IMG/VR virus record: IMGVR_UViG_3300042566_001512
Coordinates: 1 to 64,000 of that record
Direction: 5' to 3' (one strand)
Length of the DNA: 64,000 nucleotides
Under the pieces are notes generated by a model that worked only from the letters and a program-made list of their open reading frames with translations, was not told where the DNA came from and ran no database searches. Position 1 is the stretch's first letter, and the number at the start of each line of letters is the position of its first letter. Made by a program: the position numbers and the translations under genes. Shown piece by piece: positions 20,432 through 30,992 of the stretch.

Positions 20432-21560
20432 TCAGATAAGAATAGCCTCTATAAGCGACATACATTTATTACATAAAAACAATAAGACACCGGCTATACT
20501 AAGCAATCTAGATAAGTATCTATGCACAGATGAGCTACTGAGTAAGGTAGATATACTTTTCATAGCCGGTGATTTATTCGACGGACCTGTTCCTTTTTCA
20601 AATGAATACATTGGCCTAATAAATGTATGGATAGCTAAGTTACTGCATAAGTGTAAGAGATACAACGTATGCCTTAGGATATTGGAAGGAACACCCTCCC
20701 ACGACATGGGGCAATCAAAAATATTTTGTAATATAAACGAGATACTGTTCAAGGAAGGCGAAACGGTAGATCTTCAATATGTAAAAACTCTAAGCGTTGA
20801 ATACATAGAAAGGTTTGGAATTAACGTCTTATATGTTCCAGACGAATGGAATCACGATACAAACGACACTTACATAGAAGTAAAAGAAATATTAAACACA
20901 AAAGGTATAACGAAAGTAGACTTTGCAGTAATGCACGGTCAGTTCGAGTATCAGTTGTCAGATGTAGTAAAAAGCCACGTAAAGCACGACTCTTCTTTGT
21001 ATTTAAGTTTAGTTAATTATCTAATCTTCATTGGGCATATTCACAAATACTCAAAGAAAGATAGAATATATAGTCACGGCAGTTTTGACCGGCTAGCCCA
21101 TAATGAGGAAGAGTCAAAAGGATTCATATATGCTACCGTATTTAAAGACGGTAGCCACACATGCCAATTTATTGAAAATAAGACTGCCAGAATATACAAA
21201 ACAATAAATTGCACAAGCCAGGACATGGAATTAAACCTTAAACGAATAGAGGCAGTGGTAAAAAAACTACCAGACGATTCGTTTGTAAGGATAATAGCCG
21301 ATCAGGATAACTCAATAATGAGCGCGGCGGAGACCATAAAGAAACGTTGGATAAACATAAATTGGTCTTTTGCAAAAGCAAAAGAAACCAGTAAAACCGA
21401 CGTAGCCAGCGCATACAGTCAAGAAGAAAAATATACGCCTATAATCATAAATAAAGATAGCATAAGGAACTTAATATATCCAAGGATTAGTAAGGTTTCT
21501 ATGCCAGAAGACGTCATGAATAGATGTCTTTACTATATTAGCGAAATGGAGAAAGGGTAA
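20421..21560 (+). CDS. sbcD: SbcD/Mre11-like metallophosphoesterase nuclease
   Basis: SDIH, AGDLFD, GTPSHD, MHG and GHIH motifs. Confidence 0.88.
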   Translation: MVSDQIRIASISDIHLLHKNNKTPAILSNLDKYLCTDELLSKVDILFIAGDLFDGPVPFSNEYIGLINVWIAKLLHKCKRYNVCLRILEGTPSHDMGQSKIFCNINEILFKEGETVDLQYVKTLSVEYIERFGINVLYVPDEWNHDTNDTYIEVKEILNTKGITKVDFAVMHGQFEYQLSDVVKSHVKHDSSLYLSLVNYLIFIGHIHKYSKKDRIYSHGSFDRLAHNEEESKGFIYATVFKDGSHTCQFIENKTARIYKTINCTSQDMELNLKRIEAVVKKLPDDSFVRIIADQDNSIMSAAETIKKRWININWSFAKAKETSKTDVASAYSQEEKYTPIIINKDSIRNLIYPRISKVSMPEDVMNRCLYYISEMEKG

Positions 21561-22427
21561 ATGATTACTTCTACACTATCGGATAGGACAATGAGTGCTT
21601 TTATGCTGAGCATAGGCACTTCTCTGTCTTTTGAATCTCTTTTTCCTGGTACTCGTCCTCCGTATGACCCAGATAGACCTATACCAAATAAAATAGATCT
21701 GACAGAATACGACGAGATGTGGATTAATATTTTTACACTATTTAGAAACATTGTTAGTTCTGTTCCCAGTATTAAGGTACCCACACTCACACCAGAGAAC
21801 GTAGGGCATGTGCTGGGGGAGGAAGTAGAGCTAATAAGAGACGTTGTTAAGATGTACACTCAAGACAGAGTAAAGGTAGTTTTTTACTCTAGCTCTTATC
21901 AAAAATTAAAAAGTAAATTTCCACACGCAAACGTAAGAGTGGACAATACAGAAAAACAGAGGCAAATGACAGAATTGCTAACTGGGTCAGTTAGTTACTT
22001 TTATAGAACGCAGACAAAAAGCGATTCTTTAAAGCATTTTAATTTATACATGGAACCGGGAAAAGGCTCTTCTACTAAGAAGGTTCTTTTGTTGACTAAT
22101 TATGCTTTTGATTTATTAAATCACGTGAATTTCTACAGAATGGATTTATTGGAATCACATACTGGCATTTTAAAAGAAAGATCAAAGTGGAGCACCAAAT
22201 ACACCGACGGAAAAAATCTTGTTAGAATGCCCTTTAACAAGGTACTGCTTCAGGTATTTGGTGATTCTCAGACATTTTATCCAATGGATAAAAATTTAAG
22301 AAAAGAAATAATAGATCTATCCGAAGCGGCAAAATGGAACCCGCTTACCACCGATGAACGGGTACGATTTACAATCGAGCAAATAAAAAACCCTTACTTT
22401 GTAAGCGTACTTAAATCTATGTTCTAA
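21561..22427 (+). CDS. Conserved protein (phiKZ gp66-like), possible PIN/FEN-like fold
   Basis: 288 aa; WINIFTLFRN, LLESHTG; synteny. Confidence 0.55.
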   Translation: MITSTLSDRTMSAFMLSIGTSLSFESLFPGTRPPYDPDRPIPNKIDLTEYDEMWINIFTLFRNIVSSVPSIKVPTLTPENVGHVLGEEVELIRDVVKMYTQDRVKVVFYSSSYQKLKSKFPHANVRVDNTEKQRQMTELLTGSVSYFYRTQTKSDSLKHFNLYMEPGKGSSTKKVLLLTNYAFDLLNHVNFYRMDLLESHTGILKERSKWSTKYTDGKNLVRMPFNKVLLQVFGDSQTFYPMDKNLRKEIIDLSEAAKWNPLTTDERVRFTIEQIKNPYFVSVLKSMF

Positions 22428-22514
22428 TGTTATTACCGATGTAATAAATTACATTTTAAACCAATGGAGTGCAGGCTCCTAAACCTAACCTTTTTAAGTA
22501 GAAAGAATAGAAAA

Positions 22515-23237
22515 ATGGAAAACACCACCCAACGACCAGAGCGCAAGAAAAACGCATTTAGTAATAGTAAACTAACGCTTTCAGCTCCGTGTCCAACAGC
22601 CAAAGGTAAATACTCCACTTTGGGATTTGAGTTCCACAATAACAACCCCGCAATCGTTGTTAGAACAAACGATCCAGCAGACATGGATCCCAGCAGAAAC
22701 TATGGCCGAATTATGGCCAACATGGACACTCCTGCGTTTTTCGCATTCATTGTACATCTAAAAGACGCAGTGGCTGCCACAGGTGAATTCAAGAAAAAAT
22801 GCGAAAACCATAATCACGATTATGTAAACGGTCGCAGAAGTGACGACCCCGTGCACATCTCCGATCTTTGGGTAGGTAAAGATAAGGACGGGTGCGTATA
22901 TATTTCTGTGGTGTCTAAGAAAGACGAAAGGGCCGTTATCAAGTTCGTGTTTGGCCCGGGAGATTCCCGTTGGCATAAATATTTCCATTCCGATGGGCAG
23001 CCCTTTACAAAGGGCGATCTCTCCATGCTGTATGCTAAGGCGTGGATTATGATTTTGTCTGAGGTTACTTCCAACCTAGTTGTAAACGAATACGTTGCAC
23101 CGGCTCCTCGTAAACCCTTTGGTGGACAGCAAGGCGGACAGCGACCCCCGTACAACAACAGACAAGCCAATAACGGTGGCTATAGTAAACAAAACGCCGC
23201 CGAAGCTCCTCTCGCAGAAGAAGATCTACCATTTTAA
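22515..23237 (+). CDS. chmC: ChmC-like nucleic-acid-binding protein (phiKZ gp67-like)
   Basis: Position before gp68/gp69 homologues; G/Q/N-rich disordered tail ending EEDLPF. Confidence 0.6.
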   Translation: MENTTQRPERKKNAFSNSKLTLSAPCPTAKGKYSTLGFEFHNNNPAIVVRTNDPADMDPSRNYGRIMANMDTPAFFAFIVHLKDAVAATGEFKKKCENHNHDYVNGRRSDDPVHISDLWVGKDKDGCVYISVVSKKDERAVIKFVFGPGDSRWHKYFHSDGQPFTKGDLSMLYAKAWIMILSEVTSNLVVNEYVAPAPRKPFGGQQGGQRPPYNNRQANNGGYSKQNAAEAPLAEEDLPF

Positions 23238-23247
23238 AATAGAGAAA

Positions 23248-23305
23248 TAAACCCCTTACCTGACTGTAGCTAAAAATATAGCTACGGGTCGGTAAGGGGT
23301 GTTAT
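23248..23305. terminator. Long imperfect hairpin
   Basis: ataaccccttacc-tgac-tgtagcta…tagctacg-ggtc-ggtaagggg-tgttat. Confidence 0.65.
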
Positions 23306-23402
23306 TTCCATTTAGTATAAATATACATTTAGTTAATTTCGATCTTATATCCAAGACCAAGTGTAAGATTGGGCAGTGGTGTTAGCCACCGAAAGGGAAA
23401 CA

Positions 23403-23669
23403 ATGGGACAAGCTAAATTGCGAGGCTCTTTTGAGCAACGACAAGCACAAGGTATTCTTAAGCGGCAAGCAGAAGAACAAATTACAGCAGAAAAAGTTCG
23501 ACTGGCAAAAATCGAACAAGCCAAACGCTTTGCCGACATGTCGCCAGAACAAAGATCGCGAGCAATAAAAAGTCGAAGCGCACTTGCGGCATTGTCGGCA
23601 GTGATAGCGGCAAGCCAAGCGCAAAAAGTTGATTTTGCAAATGCGGTTGAGCGCTTCAAGGCAGGCTAA
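23403..23669 (+). CDS. Small helical hypothetical protein
   Basis: ATG 23403 with AAGGG RBS; MGQAKLRG N-terminus. Confidence 0.7.
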   Translation: MGQAKLRGSFEQRQAQGILKRQAEEQITAEKVRLAKIEQAKRFADMSPEQRSRAIKSRSALAALSAVIAASQAQKVDFANAVERFKAG

Positions 23670-23693
23670 AAGCTATAAGCTTTTTGAAAATAA

Positions 23694-23717
23694 TTTCAGA
23701 CGCATATTACCACTATG
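23694..23717 (+). promoter_or_regulatory. Putative early promoter
   Basis: tttcagacgcatattac-cacta-tg. Confidence 0.65.
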
Positions 23718-23749
23718 TCAAGCACTCAAACGCTGTTAAGGAAAACTAA

Positions 23750-25276
23750 ATGAAGATGTACGTAGATCCGTTGTCAATGAAGACTACGACTGCGCAGCTT
23801 GTTCTGGAGCACAATGAAAACAAGCTTTATTGGTACGTTAGTACATTAAACAAATCTGCCTTTGAAACCGACGAAGTGTGTAAACACATTAACGGTTTCT
23901 GGGAAAGACTACCTGGCTATAAACAACAGTTAATATTCAACATTTATGAAGAAATTAAAGATGTTCTTCAAGACGTATACGACACCACTCAGTTAATCAC
24001 TTCTCTAATACCTCTTGTCACTAAACTATACGAAGAACACGACATGAGTGAAATGTCCACGTGGATTAGTTTTCACTCCGACATCATCTTGCCTAGCGAC
24101 ATGGTAGAGAATTACGTCGAGTCCGATGACGACGTACGAACCAGAGAGAAAACATACGTCAGAGAAGATTACAAAGGACTGATTCTTCTTAGTCTAGCCC
24201 TTAGGCCAATGATTCCTATTTGGGGTGAGTTTATTTACAAGACTCGCCCAGACACCGGTACAGGATTTAAAGAATTCTACGCGGTTAAGCTTATCAACAG
24301 CACCCACCTGATGGAGTCCGAACCCATGGTGAAGCTGCGAACTTACGTTTCACACAACATCAAGGCCGATAAGCCGATGTATTCAAACATCCTAAATAGC
24401 GTCGGAACCGAAGATTTCCCACTGTGGCTGCTCAGTCACGTCCTAGTACGAAAACTTTGCATAAGTGATTTATCGTGCACAAGTAACGAGACAACACTAA
24501 TATCGTCCATTTTCAACTTCATCAGCCAAAAGGTCATGGGTAACCCCCCAAGCTCATTGGCGGAAATGGTCTCGTCTAAGGACTTTAACAGAAGTAGCTC
24601 TAACGACGAAAACAATATTAGTAGACTAGAAGCTTTTAAAATAAAGCAAAAAATAGCACCGGGGGACATCGCCGTAATCGAGCACGTTTTAAACGATCCA
24701 TTTAACGTAGCTCGAGCAATAAATCCAAACGTTTCTTTTGATCTGCTCGGTCAATTTTTGTCATCGTCCAGGGCGCTTGAATTACATGAAATCTCTGTAT
24801 GTCAGGTAGTCATGGCGCAGTACGTGCTCAAGAAAGTGATTCCGCCAAGAGGACTGATGCACGTATCTAAGCAAAAGGTAATAAATGCAATAGCGATTGC
24901 CCAGACACTGATCTGGGATAACTATAAACCGATCTCCGCCATGATGAGCGCAATCGTCACGGGTGACTCAGAGCTACAGACTAACGGAATAGATTCCAAA
25001 GTTAGAATCCCGCCAGAATTAATGAAACGGCTAGAGCTCGTTTTCCCATACACAAAAGTATCCATTTCCAAAAAGAAAGGCAAGGTACAAAACAACGTAC
25101 TTAGCTCAATAGACGAAATCTCTAGTCTGTTCTCGTCTAGAGACTGGACGCTAACCATACCCGACCATATGGTTCAGGAGGTAACCGGCCAACCAAATCT
25201 TAGAAGGTATAGTTGCCCACATGACATAAAGATTCTTTTAGCTGAACTCATATTGGAAACAGTTACTCCCAAGTAA
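23750..25276 (+). CDS. nvRNAP promoter-specificity (sigma-like) subunit (phiKZ gp68-like)
   Basis: 508 aa; LRPMIPIWGEF; position in the gp65-gp75 block. Confidence 0.75.
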   Translation: MKMYVDPLSMKTTTAQLVLEHNENKLYWYVSTLNKSAFETDEVCKHINGFWERLPGYKQQLIFNIYEEIKDVLQDVYDTTQLITSLIPLVTKLYEEHDMSEMSTWISFHSDIILPSDMVENYVESDDDVRTREKTYVREDYKGLILLSLALRPMIPIWGEFIYKTRPDTGTGFKEFYAVKLINSTHLMESEPMVKLRTYVSHNIKADKPMYSNILNSVGTEDFPLWLLSHVLVRKLCISDLSCTSNETTLISSIFNFISQKVMGNPPSSLAEMVSSKDFNRSSSNDENNISRLEAFKIKQKIAPGDIAVIEHVLNDPFNVARAINPNVSFDLLGQFLSSSRALELHEISVCQVVMAQYVLKKVIPPRGLMHVSKQKVINAIAIAQTLIWDNYKPISAMMSAIVTGDSELQTNGIDSKVRIPPELMKRLELVFPYTKVSISKKKGKVQNNVLSSIDEISSLFSSRDWTLTIPDHMVQEVTGQPNLRRYSCPHDIKILLAELILETVTPK

Positions 25277-25319
25277 AGTTTTTACTGACTAAAAGTAAAC
25301 AGTAACATAAAAGGATACC

Positions 25320-26804
25320 ATGCAATACCAAAATAACGCCAATGCAGCTTACGGATACTCCTCTGTAGAGATTGTTCGTATAATTATGCAAGAAACCGGC
25401 ACTTATAACACTATGATGCGGCGGCCATTTGAATCGCATCTCACTGGCTCAGTGCAAAACACCATTGTGGAAAACTGCGAAATGGCAGGTAGAATTACTC
25501 CAAATCTACTTACTGGAGTAGCTGGGCAGTTCATTCGACCAAGTGCGACTCCAGAGCGACCCATTAACATTGTAAACGGCTGGGAAACTAGGCGGTTTAA
25601 GTTTTTCATGGAGGTGCGGTCGACCAGTCACATGGGGAACGTTATCACCCAGTTCATCACTGGCTACACCGATCAACTCGGCAGCAGTGTATTTGGAAGC
25701 CTCGACCCTGATATGGAGTTCTTCATTAACACTGTTAATATTGCGAAAAATGCAATTAGGACAACTCCTATGGGTTCACAAAACATCCAGAGTATCGTCG
25801 ATTGCTCTCATCTTCTTTATCAAAACGACTATAACGGCGTCCATGGTCTTAACAACGGATACAAGATGAGGCCGGAGGACGTTTTCGCTTCAATGCAAAA
25901 TGCTCAATTGGAAGAAGCATCTAACCTGTATGGAGGCAGCAGTGAGTTTGTGGACACGCGAACACATCTGACTAGAAATCCCGTTAAGGCGATGAGGAGA
26001 TTTAATTCTTCACCTGTGTTTGTATCTAGTGTTCTAGACAGCTACGTCCAAACCAAGCGTGCGGCCATAGGAGGCTCTAGCGAGCTAGAGATCACCGACA
26101 GCGCAGCTGCTTCCGTAGCTTCGGCAAGAACAAACGAAGACCCTTTCTTGAGAACACTAAAAGGAAGAACCGACTCTAATGGTGGCAGCTTTCGATTGAG
26201 GGATCTGCTTAATATTGACCCCACGGTAAAGAGCAGAATTGTAGTAACGCCAATGACCCCGGCCCTGAGGGCAACTCTGCCCGCTGCCGGTCAAAGTCAG
26301 CACTGGCAAAACAGCGATTACGACACACAGTTTGCCACGGCATTGAGTCAAGCCGTGCCCGGTTACATGCTGGACAACTGTTTGCAATCGGTCAAGTTTC
26401 GTGCAACGAACATGGAAATGGGCGGTGCCATTACGGTCATCCTGGTAGATTTCGGTTCATTGCTTCAGGGTATTGATATCTCTCCTTATCTTGCTTCTTT
26501 TAGTTTTTCCATAGAGAAAACCGTGTTGTCGGATCTATCTCACAACAACATGATACCGTTTAGCCTGGAGATGTCATGCAACCTAATGAGTGAGAGCACT
26601 GTAAATCTTTCTGTAAACGGATCGCCCTATACCCTGTTCGTTTCTCCGTGTTTCTGCGACGGTCTGATGTCCCCATTGGTAACCGCGGATAAGAACAGGC
26701 TAAATCTACTGGCAAAAGATATATCTACGGTAGTCGACTATCTAGGCGATGCAACCGGTTCTGTGATGGGCTTTGCAGAAACGACAACCGAAAACTTCAT
26801 TTAA
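25320..26804 (+). CDS. picA: Nuclear-shell protein importer PicA/Imp1 (phiKZ gp69-like)
   Basis: 494 aa; ETGTYN…RRPF, IVNGW…RFKF, TGYTD, RPEDVF; synteny. Confidence 0.72.
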   Translation: MQYQNNANAAYGYSSVEIVRIIMQETGTYNTMMRRPFESHLTGSVQNTIVENCEMAGRITPNLLTGVAGQFIRPSATPERPINIVNGWETRRFKFFMEVRSTSHMGNVITQFITGYTDQLGSSVFGSLDPDMEFFINTVNIAKNAIRTTPMGSQNIQSIVDCSHLLYQNDYNGVHGLNNGYKMRPEDVFASMQNAQLEEASNLYGGSSEFVDTRTHLTRNPVKAMRRFNSSPVFVSSVLDSYVQTKRAAIGGSSELEITDSAAASVASARTNEDPFLRTLKGRTDSNGGSFRLRDLLNIDPTVKSRIVVTPMTPALRATLPAAGQSQHWQNSDYDTQFATALSQAVPGYMLDNCLQSVKFRATNMEMGGAITVILVDFGSLLQGIDISPYLASFSFSIEKTVLSDLSHNNMIPFSLEMSCNLMSESTVNLSVNGSPYTLFVSPCFCDGLMSPLVTADKNRLNLLAKDISTVVDYLGDATGSVMGFAETTTENFI

Positions 26805-26817
26805 AGGAAATAGAAAA

Positions 26818-28116
26818 ATGAGCAAACTAAACGACTTTTACAAGCAGATACTAAAGCTCGGCGGGTTAGTGACCGACAAAGACGGGCTAGTCTCCGCTAC
26901 CATCGACGACTCCACTGTCCCTTTTACAGTAAAAGGAAAAAGACTAGCTCTCCCCACCAAAGAAAACATGGGCAAGACTGCAGACTTGGTCATCTTCCAT
27001 CCTCTTAGCGAAAACTTTTTGCGAGGAGAATCCGAAGTCATGCAAAGGTACAGGTCCGCCATTAACACTCGCCTGAACTATGTACTCGGTTGCCTAATGG
27101 AGGAAATGCTCACGCTAATCACTAGCGCGGGAGAACATCAGAAACTAACTCCGGAGCAAAGTGAGGTACTTTCTGTAGCGCACGAGGCCGACGAAGGCAC
27201 TCTAACCCGCTTTACTCAATTGCTAAAAGCAATGGGCCTTGGCGACAAAGAGAAGTCATTTGTAAACATCTACCTCAAAAAGACGGCCAGTATCAAAGGC
27301 AAAGTTTACAAAAGAGGCGCCATTGTAACATTTCCGTTTTACAAAGAGCTTATCAAAAAAGAGAAAAGCGTATACGGAGTGACGCTAAGAATTAAAGACA
27401 GAGAGGCTATCCAAAAGCTCTTGGAATTCATTATTCCTGGAATCGGAGAAGACGACGCTTATAATCAAGGCAGCTCCGGTGACGTTAGCCCGTTCTTGGA
27501 GTCCTTGCTAAAAGGCCTCATTGGAGTCGCTGCAAACATTAATTCCATTGCTACTTCATACAAGGACTTTCTTGCTCTGTACGATAACTATGTTTACAAC
27601 GCGGACTGGGTGGACACCATGGAAAACATCCATCTGCTGGAAACGGAAATCAGACTAGTGCCAATGCAGGCTGGAAACGAAGGTAGCATAATGTCTACCA
27701 ACCCATCCCCACCGCAACTATCTGTTGCACCACCCGTTCAGGAGAGCGTACATTCTCAGCCACAGCAAACGTACGCAGCCAATACGGCTGCTATGCGGCA
27801 AAACGTAGCGACGCCTGTACAGCAGAGCCAGGGACGTGATCCTAGTAAGGTTAGCTTTTCTGATCTGGATCAACGAAATCGACAAACGACGCCGATGCAG
27901 CAGCAAATAAACCCCGCATGGGGTCATATGCCAATGCAGCAGAACGTATGGCAACAATACCTTCCGCAGCCAGTTAGCGGACCCGTGGCCGCGCGGCAAA
28001 GCATCTCTTCACTAAGCGTATTGGCAAGCGCACAACCTCCCAGCTTGCCCATTAATCAAGTCGCCAATAACTACGGGTGGGGTAATCAGCTACAAAGTCA
28101 AAATTCTTTCATTTAA
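26818..28116 (+). CDS. Conserved protein (phiKZ gp70-like) with Q/P-rich disordered C-terminus
   Basis: ATG 26818 with AAAGGA RBS; FHPLSEN motif; synteny. Confidence 0.7.
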   Translation: MSKLNDFYKQILKLGGLVTDKDGLVSATIDDSTVPFTVKGKRLALPTKENMGKTADLVIFHPLSENFLRGESEVMQRYRSAINTRLNYVLGCLMEEMLTLITSAGEHQKLTPEQSEVLSVAHEADEGTLTRFTQLLKAMGLGDKEKSFVNIYLKKTASIKGKVYKRGAIVTFPFYKELIKKEKSVYGVTLRIKDREAIQKLLEFIIPGIGEDDAYNQGSSGDVSPFLESLLKGLIGVAANINSIATSYKDFLALYDNYVYNADWVDTMENIHLLETEIRLVPMQAGNEGSIMSTNPSPPQLSVAPPVQESVHSQPQQTYAANTAAMRQNVATPVQQSQGRDPSKVSFSDLDQRNRQTTPMQQQINPAWGHMPMQQNVWQQYLPQPVSGPVAARQSISSLSVLASAQPPSLPINQVANNYGWGNQLQSQNSFI

Positions 28117-28136
28117 AAACTTTTTGAAAATATAAA

Positions 28137-28334
28137 ATGTCAATTATTAACCAAACCAAATGCTACTTTGACGGCTACCTTAAAAGCCCACCCGGAGTCA
28201 GTGAAGACCGACTTAGGGCATATCAGCTACCTAGCATGGTAAACGGTAAACGACAAAAACCCACAAACTCAAAATACACTGTACTTGGAAACACGAAGCA
28301 ACAAGCAGGCGATAATAACCAGCACATTAAGTAA
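28137..28334 (+). CDS. Small hypothetical protein
   Basis: 65-aa ORF ending before a hairpin. Confidence 0.55.
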   Translation: MSIINQTKCYFDGYLKSPPGVSEDRLRAYQLPSMVNGKRQKPTNSKYTVLGNTKQQAGDNNQHIK

Positions 28335-28348
28335 AACTTAATAGACGT

Positions 28349-28389
28349 CATAATAGGCTATGGATGTTCAGGCATCCATAGCCTATTTA
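28349..28389. terminator. Hairpin between convergent genes
   Basis: aataggctatggatg/catccatagcctatt, preceded by CATA. Confidence 0.75.
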
Positions 28390-28402
28390 AGGCATTTTTG
28401 TT

Positions 28403-28744
28403 TTAGAAATTAACAAGCCCGCTGTTAATAAAGCTTGACCTTATTTGTTCTATCTCTTCTGTGCTAGGCACTATTAAAGAATCTACATTCGGTTTAAAAT
28501 CAAATGGAGACAGGTAACCATTTACTCTGAGATAAATCCAGTGGTACTTTTGTTGAACGCCTCTGTAATTCAAGTATCCAAAGAAATCACCCTGGTAGAC
28601 CTCTGCAATATTTTTATCCACTATAAAGCTGCTAGACTTACTGCTGTTTCTCAAGTAATCTAAATGCGATTCCATGACATCCATGAAATTTTTAGAATAA
28701 TAAACCGGACTTCCCTCTTGTATAGATAGTCTGTTAACGTTCAT
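28403..28744 (-). CDS. LysM-like baseplate wedge protein (T4 gp53-like)
   Basis: YQGDFFGYL…HWIYLRVNG…P pattern. Confidence 0.55.
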   Translation of the reverse strand: MNVNRLSIQEGSPVYYSKNFMDVMESHLDYLRNSSKSSSFIVDKNIAEVYQGDFFGYLNYRGVQQKYHWIYLRVNGYLSPFDFKPNVDSLIVPSTEEIEQIRSSFINSGLVNF

Positions 28745-28770
28745 TGATTACTCGTTTCTTTTTAAATAAA

Positions 28771-28796
28771 TGTCAGACACATATTACTAAATAGTG
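28771..28796 (+). promoter_or_regulatory. Putative early promoter
   Basis: tgtcagacacatattac. Confidence 0.6.
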
Positions 28797-28856
28797 AGAC
28801 TGACTAATGGGACTATTTACCGTTAAGAACCACATCATTTCTCTAAAGGAAAAGTA

Positions 28857-30992
28857 ATGAATAAAGAAAGACCAAACGAACTACATCGGGAACTGCTAAG
28901 CGTGTGCGGTTTAAACCCCTGGCACCAACACGTGTCCAGTGCGCGGGTTGCGATGTTCACTTCGCATTTGGGTCAGATGTTGCAAATCCAAGGTGCCACA
29001 GAAAGAACCTTTCAAACTGGAATGGAAGCGGAGTACGGAAAATACACATTTAACGTACAAATGCCATGCAACGGAAAAATTGTAAAAATAATTGAACGAT
29101 ACAGACCCGACCTAGGTAAGGACAGCATAAAGGAGAACCCGGAAACTGTGGTTATCTACGAAGACGTTGACACCAAGGTAATCGGGCACTTTAGTTTAAC
29201 TACCTATAAATCAAATCACCAGTATTTCGGTTTCAGATACGTAGCTAAAGACGGCCTTCGTCATCTCAGGGAAGGTCAGCATATTCCAAAAGGTACCGTT
29301 TTCTTGGATTCGCCATCTGTCACCGATGACGGCGGGTACAAGTACGGTATACAGGCTAACGTAGCAATGATGAGTCATCCCGCGGTGGCTGAAGACGGGG
29401 TAATGATAAGCGAGGAGTTTGCGGAAAAATTGAAATACAATACATACGAGACTCGCGTTATTGAATGGGGTACTGAGGAATTTGCGCTAAACCTATACGG
29501 CGACGTTAACAACCACAAGGCATTCCCTGACATCGGGGATCCGGTAAGGCCCGATGGCTTGCTGATGGCCCTTCGTAGCTGCGAGCCGGGTATCTTAGCT
29601 GGGGTGGAGCAAAATATCTACGACATAATGCAGGTGGATTTTACTTTTGATAACACGGTTTACGCCAACGGTCCCGGAGGAAAGGTTGTGGATGTCAAAG
29701 TACAGCACGACTTCAATAACTCTAATTTTTCAGACAAGAACATGGACAAGCAGGTCCAGAAATACGACGCTGTTCGTAGAGCGTATCACCAGAAAATTGT
29801 AGATTTCTACAATAGCATGGTCAAGCTAAGAGGGCAGTCATTGCATATTACTCCGGAGTTTAGTAACCTGGTGGTGCAGTCTTTGGCCGTGGTTAACGAA
29901 GGACCCGGGCATCAGCGCGTCACGAAGCTTTACAGAAAAGTTCCGTTGGATATTTACAGGGTAGAGATCGTAATCGAGTACACACACAGACCGGGAATTG
30001 GCGGAAAACTAACAGACTGTCATGGCGGCAAGGGTGTCATATGTCAAATAGAGCCAAAGTGCAACATGCCAGTAGACGAGGAAGGAAACGTTGCTGACAT
30101 TGTGATGGACGGGGGCGCTACCGTTAACCGAATGAACGTTAGCAGACTTTACGAACAATACTACAACTCGGCCAGTAGACAGGTTCACAACACGGTATGT
30201 AAAATGCTAGGCGTGGACCCTTATACCAATGAGGTAGCGGCAAATGACATCATAAGTTCGCTAGAATCGCATCGGATAGAGGATGCCTATAATTACTTAC
30301 TGGGCTATTACGGGATAATGTACGAGCCGATGGTCAAATGGGCCAGTGAAAGGCAAGAGTCTCTATCTGAGTTCATGGCGACGATTGTTAGCAAAGGCGT
30401 ATACATATATCTACCTCCTGATAATCCTAAAGAATCTGTGCAGATTTTAAAGGACATAGAAGCTAGTAAATATCGACCACACATCGGAAAAGTTAGCTAC
30501 GTCGGAAACAGTGGTAATAGAGTAACCACAATCGACAACGTTAGAGTTGGCGGAATGTATATTTTGCTTCTAGAGAAAACAGGGGATGACTGGAGCAGTG
30601 TTTCTTCCGCTAAGCTTCAGCATTTTGGGGTTATCGCTCCACTTACCAAGCAAGATAAGCATTCTAATCCCGCAAGACTACAGGGCGTCAAGAGCGCAGG
30701 CGAGGCGGAAGTTCGCATTTTTAAGTCATATACCAAAGGCAACTTCACTGTAGAGTTGATGGACAGAAACAATAATCCAAAAACACATAAACACATATGC
30801 AATGCAATACTCAGCGTACCGTATCCAACCAACGTCGACAAATTTGTAGACAGAGCAGCAATGCCGTATGGCGGTGTAAAACCACTTACCTTGATCAGAC
30901 ACATAACTGAATGCGCGGGGTTTAGATTCAAGTACACGCCGTACGACGCCACTAAGCCCAGTAGCTACGTGGACGACGGTGAGACGGATTAA
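28857..30992 (+). CDS. nvRNAP beta C-terminal subunit (phiKZ gp71/73-like), uninterrupted
   Basis: SSARVAMF, AEDGVMIS, GGKLTDCHGGKGVI, NRMN, GEAE motifs. Confidence 0.9.
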   Translation: MNKERPNELHRELLSVCGLNPWHQHVSSARVAMFTSHLGQMLQIQGATERTFQTGMEAEYGKYTFNVQMPCNGKIVKIIERYRPDLGKDSIKENPETVVIYEDVDTKVIGHFSLTTYKSNHQYFGFRYVAKDGLRHLREGQHIPKGTVFLDSPSVTDDGGYKYGIQANVAMMSHPAVAEDGVMISEEFAEKLKYNTYETRVIEWGTEEFALNLYGDVNNHKAFPDIGDPVRPDGLLMALRSCEPGILAGVEQNIYDIMQVDFTFDNTVYANGPGGKVVDVKVQHDFNNSNFSDKNMDKQVQKYDAVRRAYHQKIVDFYNSMVKLRGQSLHITPEFSNLVVQSLAVVNEGPGHQRVTKLYRKVPLDIYRVEIVIEYTHRPGIGGKLTDCHGGKGVICQIEPKCNMPVDEEGNVADIVMDGGATVNRMNVSRLYEQYYNSASRQVHNTVCKMLGVDPYTNEVAANDIISSLESHRIEDAYNYLLGYYGIMYEPMVKWASERQESLSEFMATIVSKGVYIYLPPDNPKESVQILKDIEASKYRPHIGKVSYVGNSGNRVTTIDNVRVGGMYILLLEKTGDDWSSVSSAKLQHFGVIAPLTKQDKHSNPARLQGVKSAGEAEVRIFKSYTKGNFTVELMDRNNNPKTHKHICNAILSVPYPTNVDKFVDRAAMPYGGVKPLTLIRHITECAGFRFKYTPYDATKPSSYVDDGETD

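Noticed and set aside
28857-30992. Possible intron or intein in nvRNAP beta, which is split in phiKZ
   Set aside because: The ORF is continuous with the expected motifs and size, and I saw no group I core sequences.
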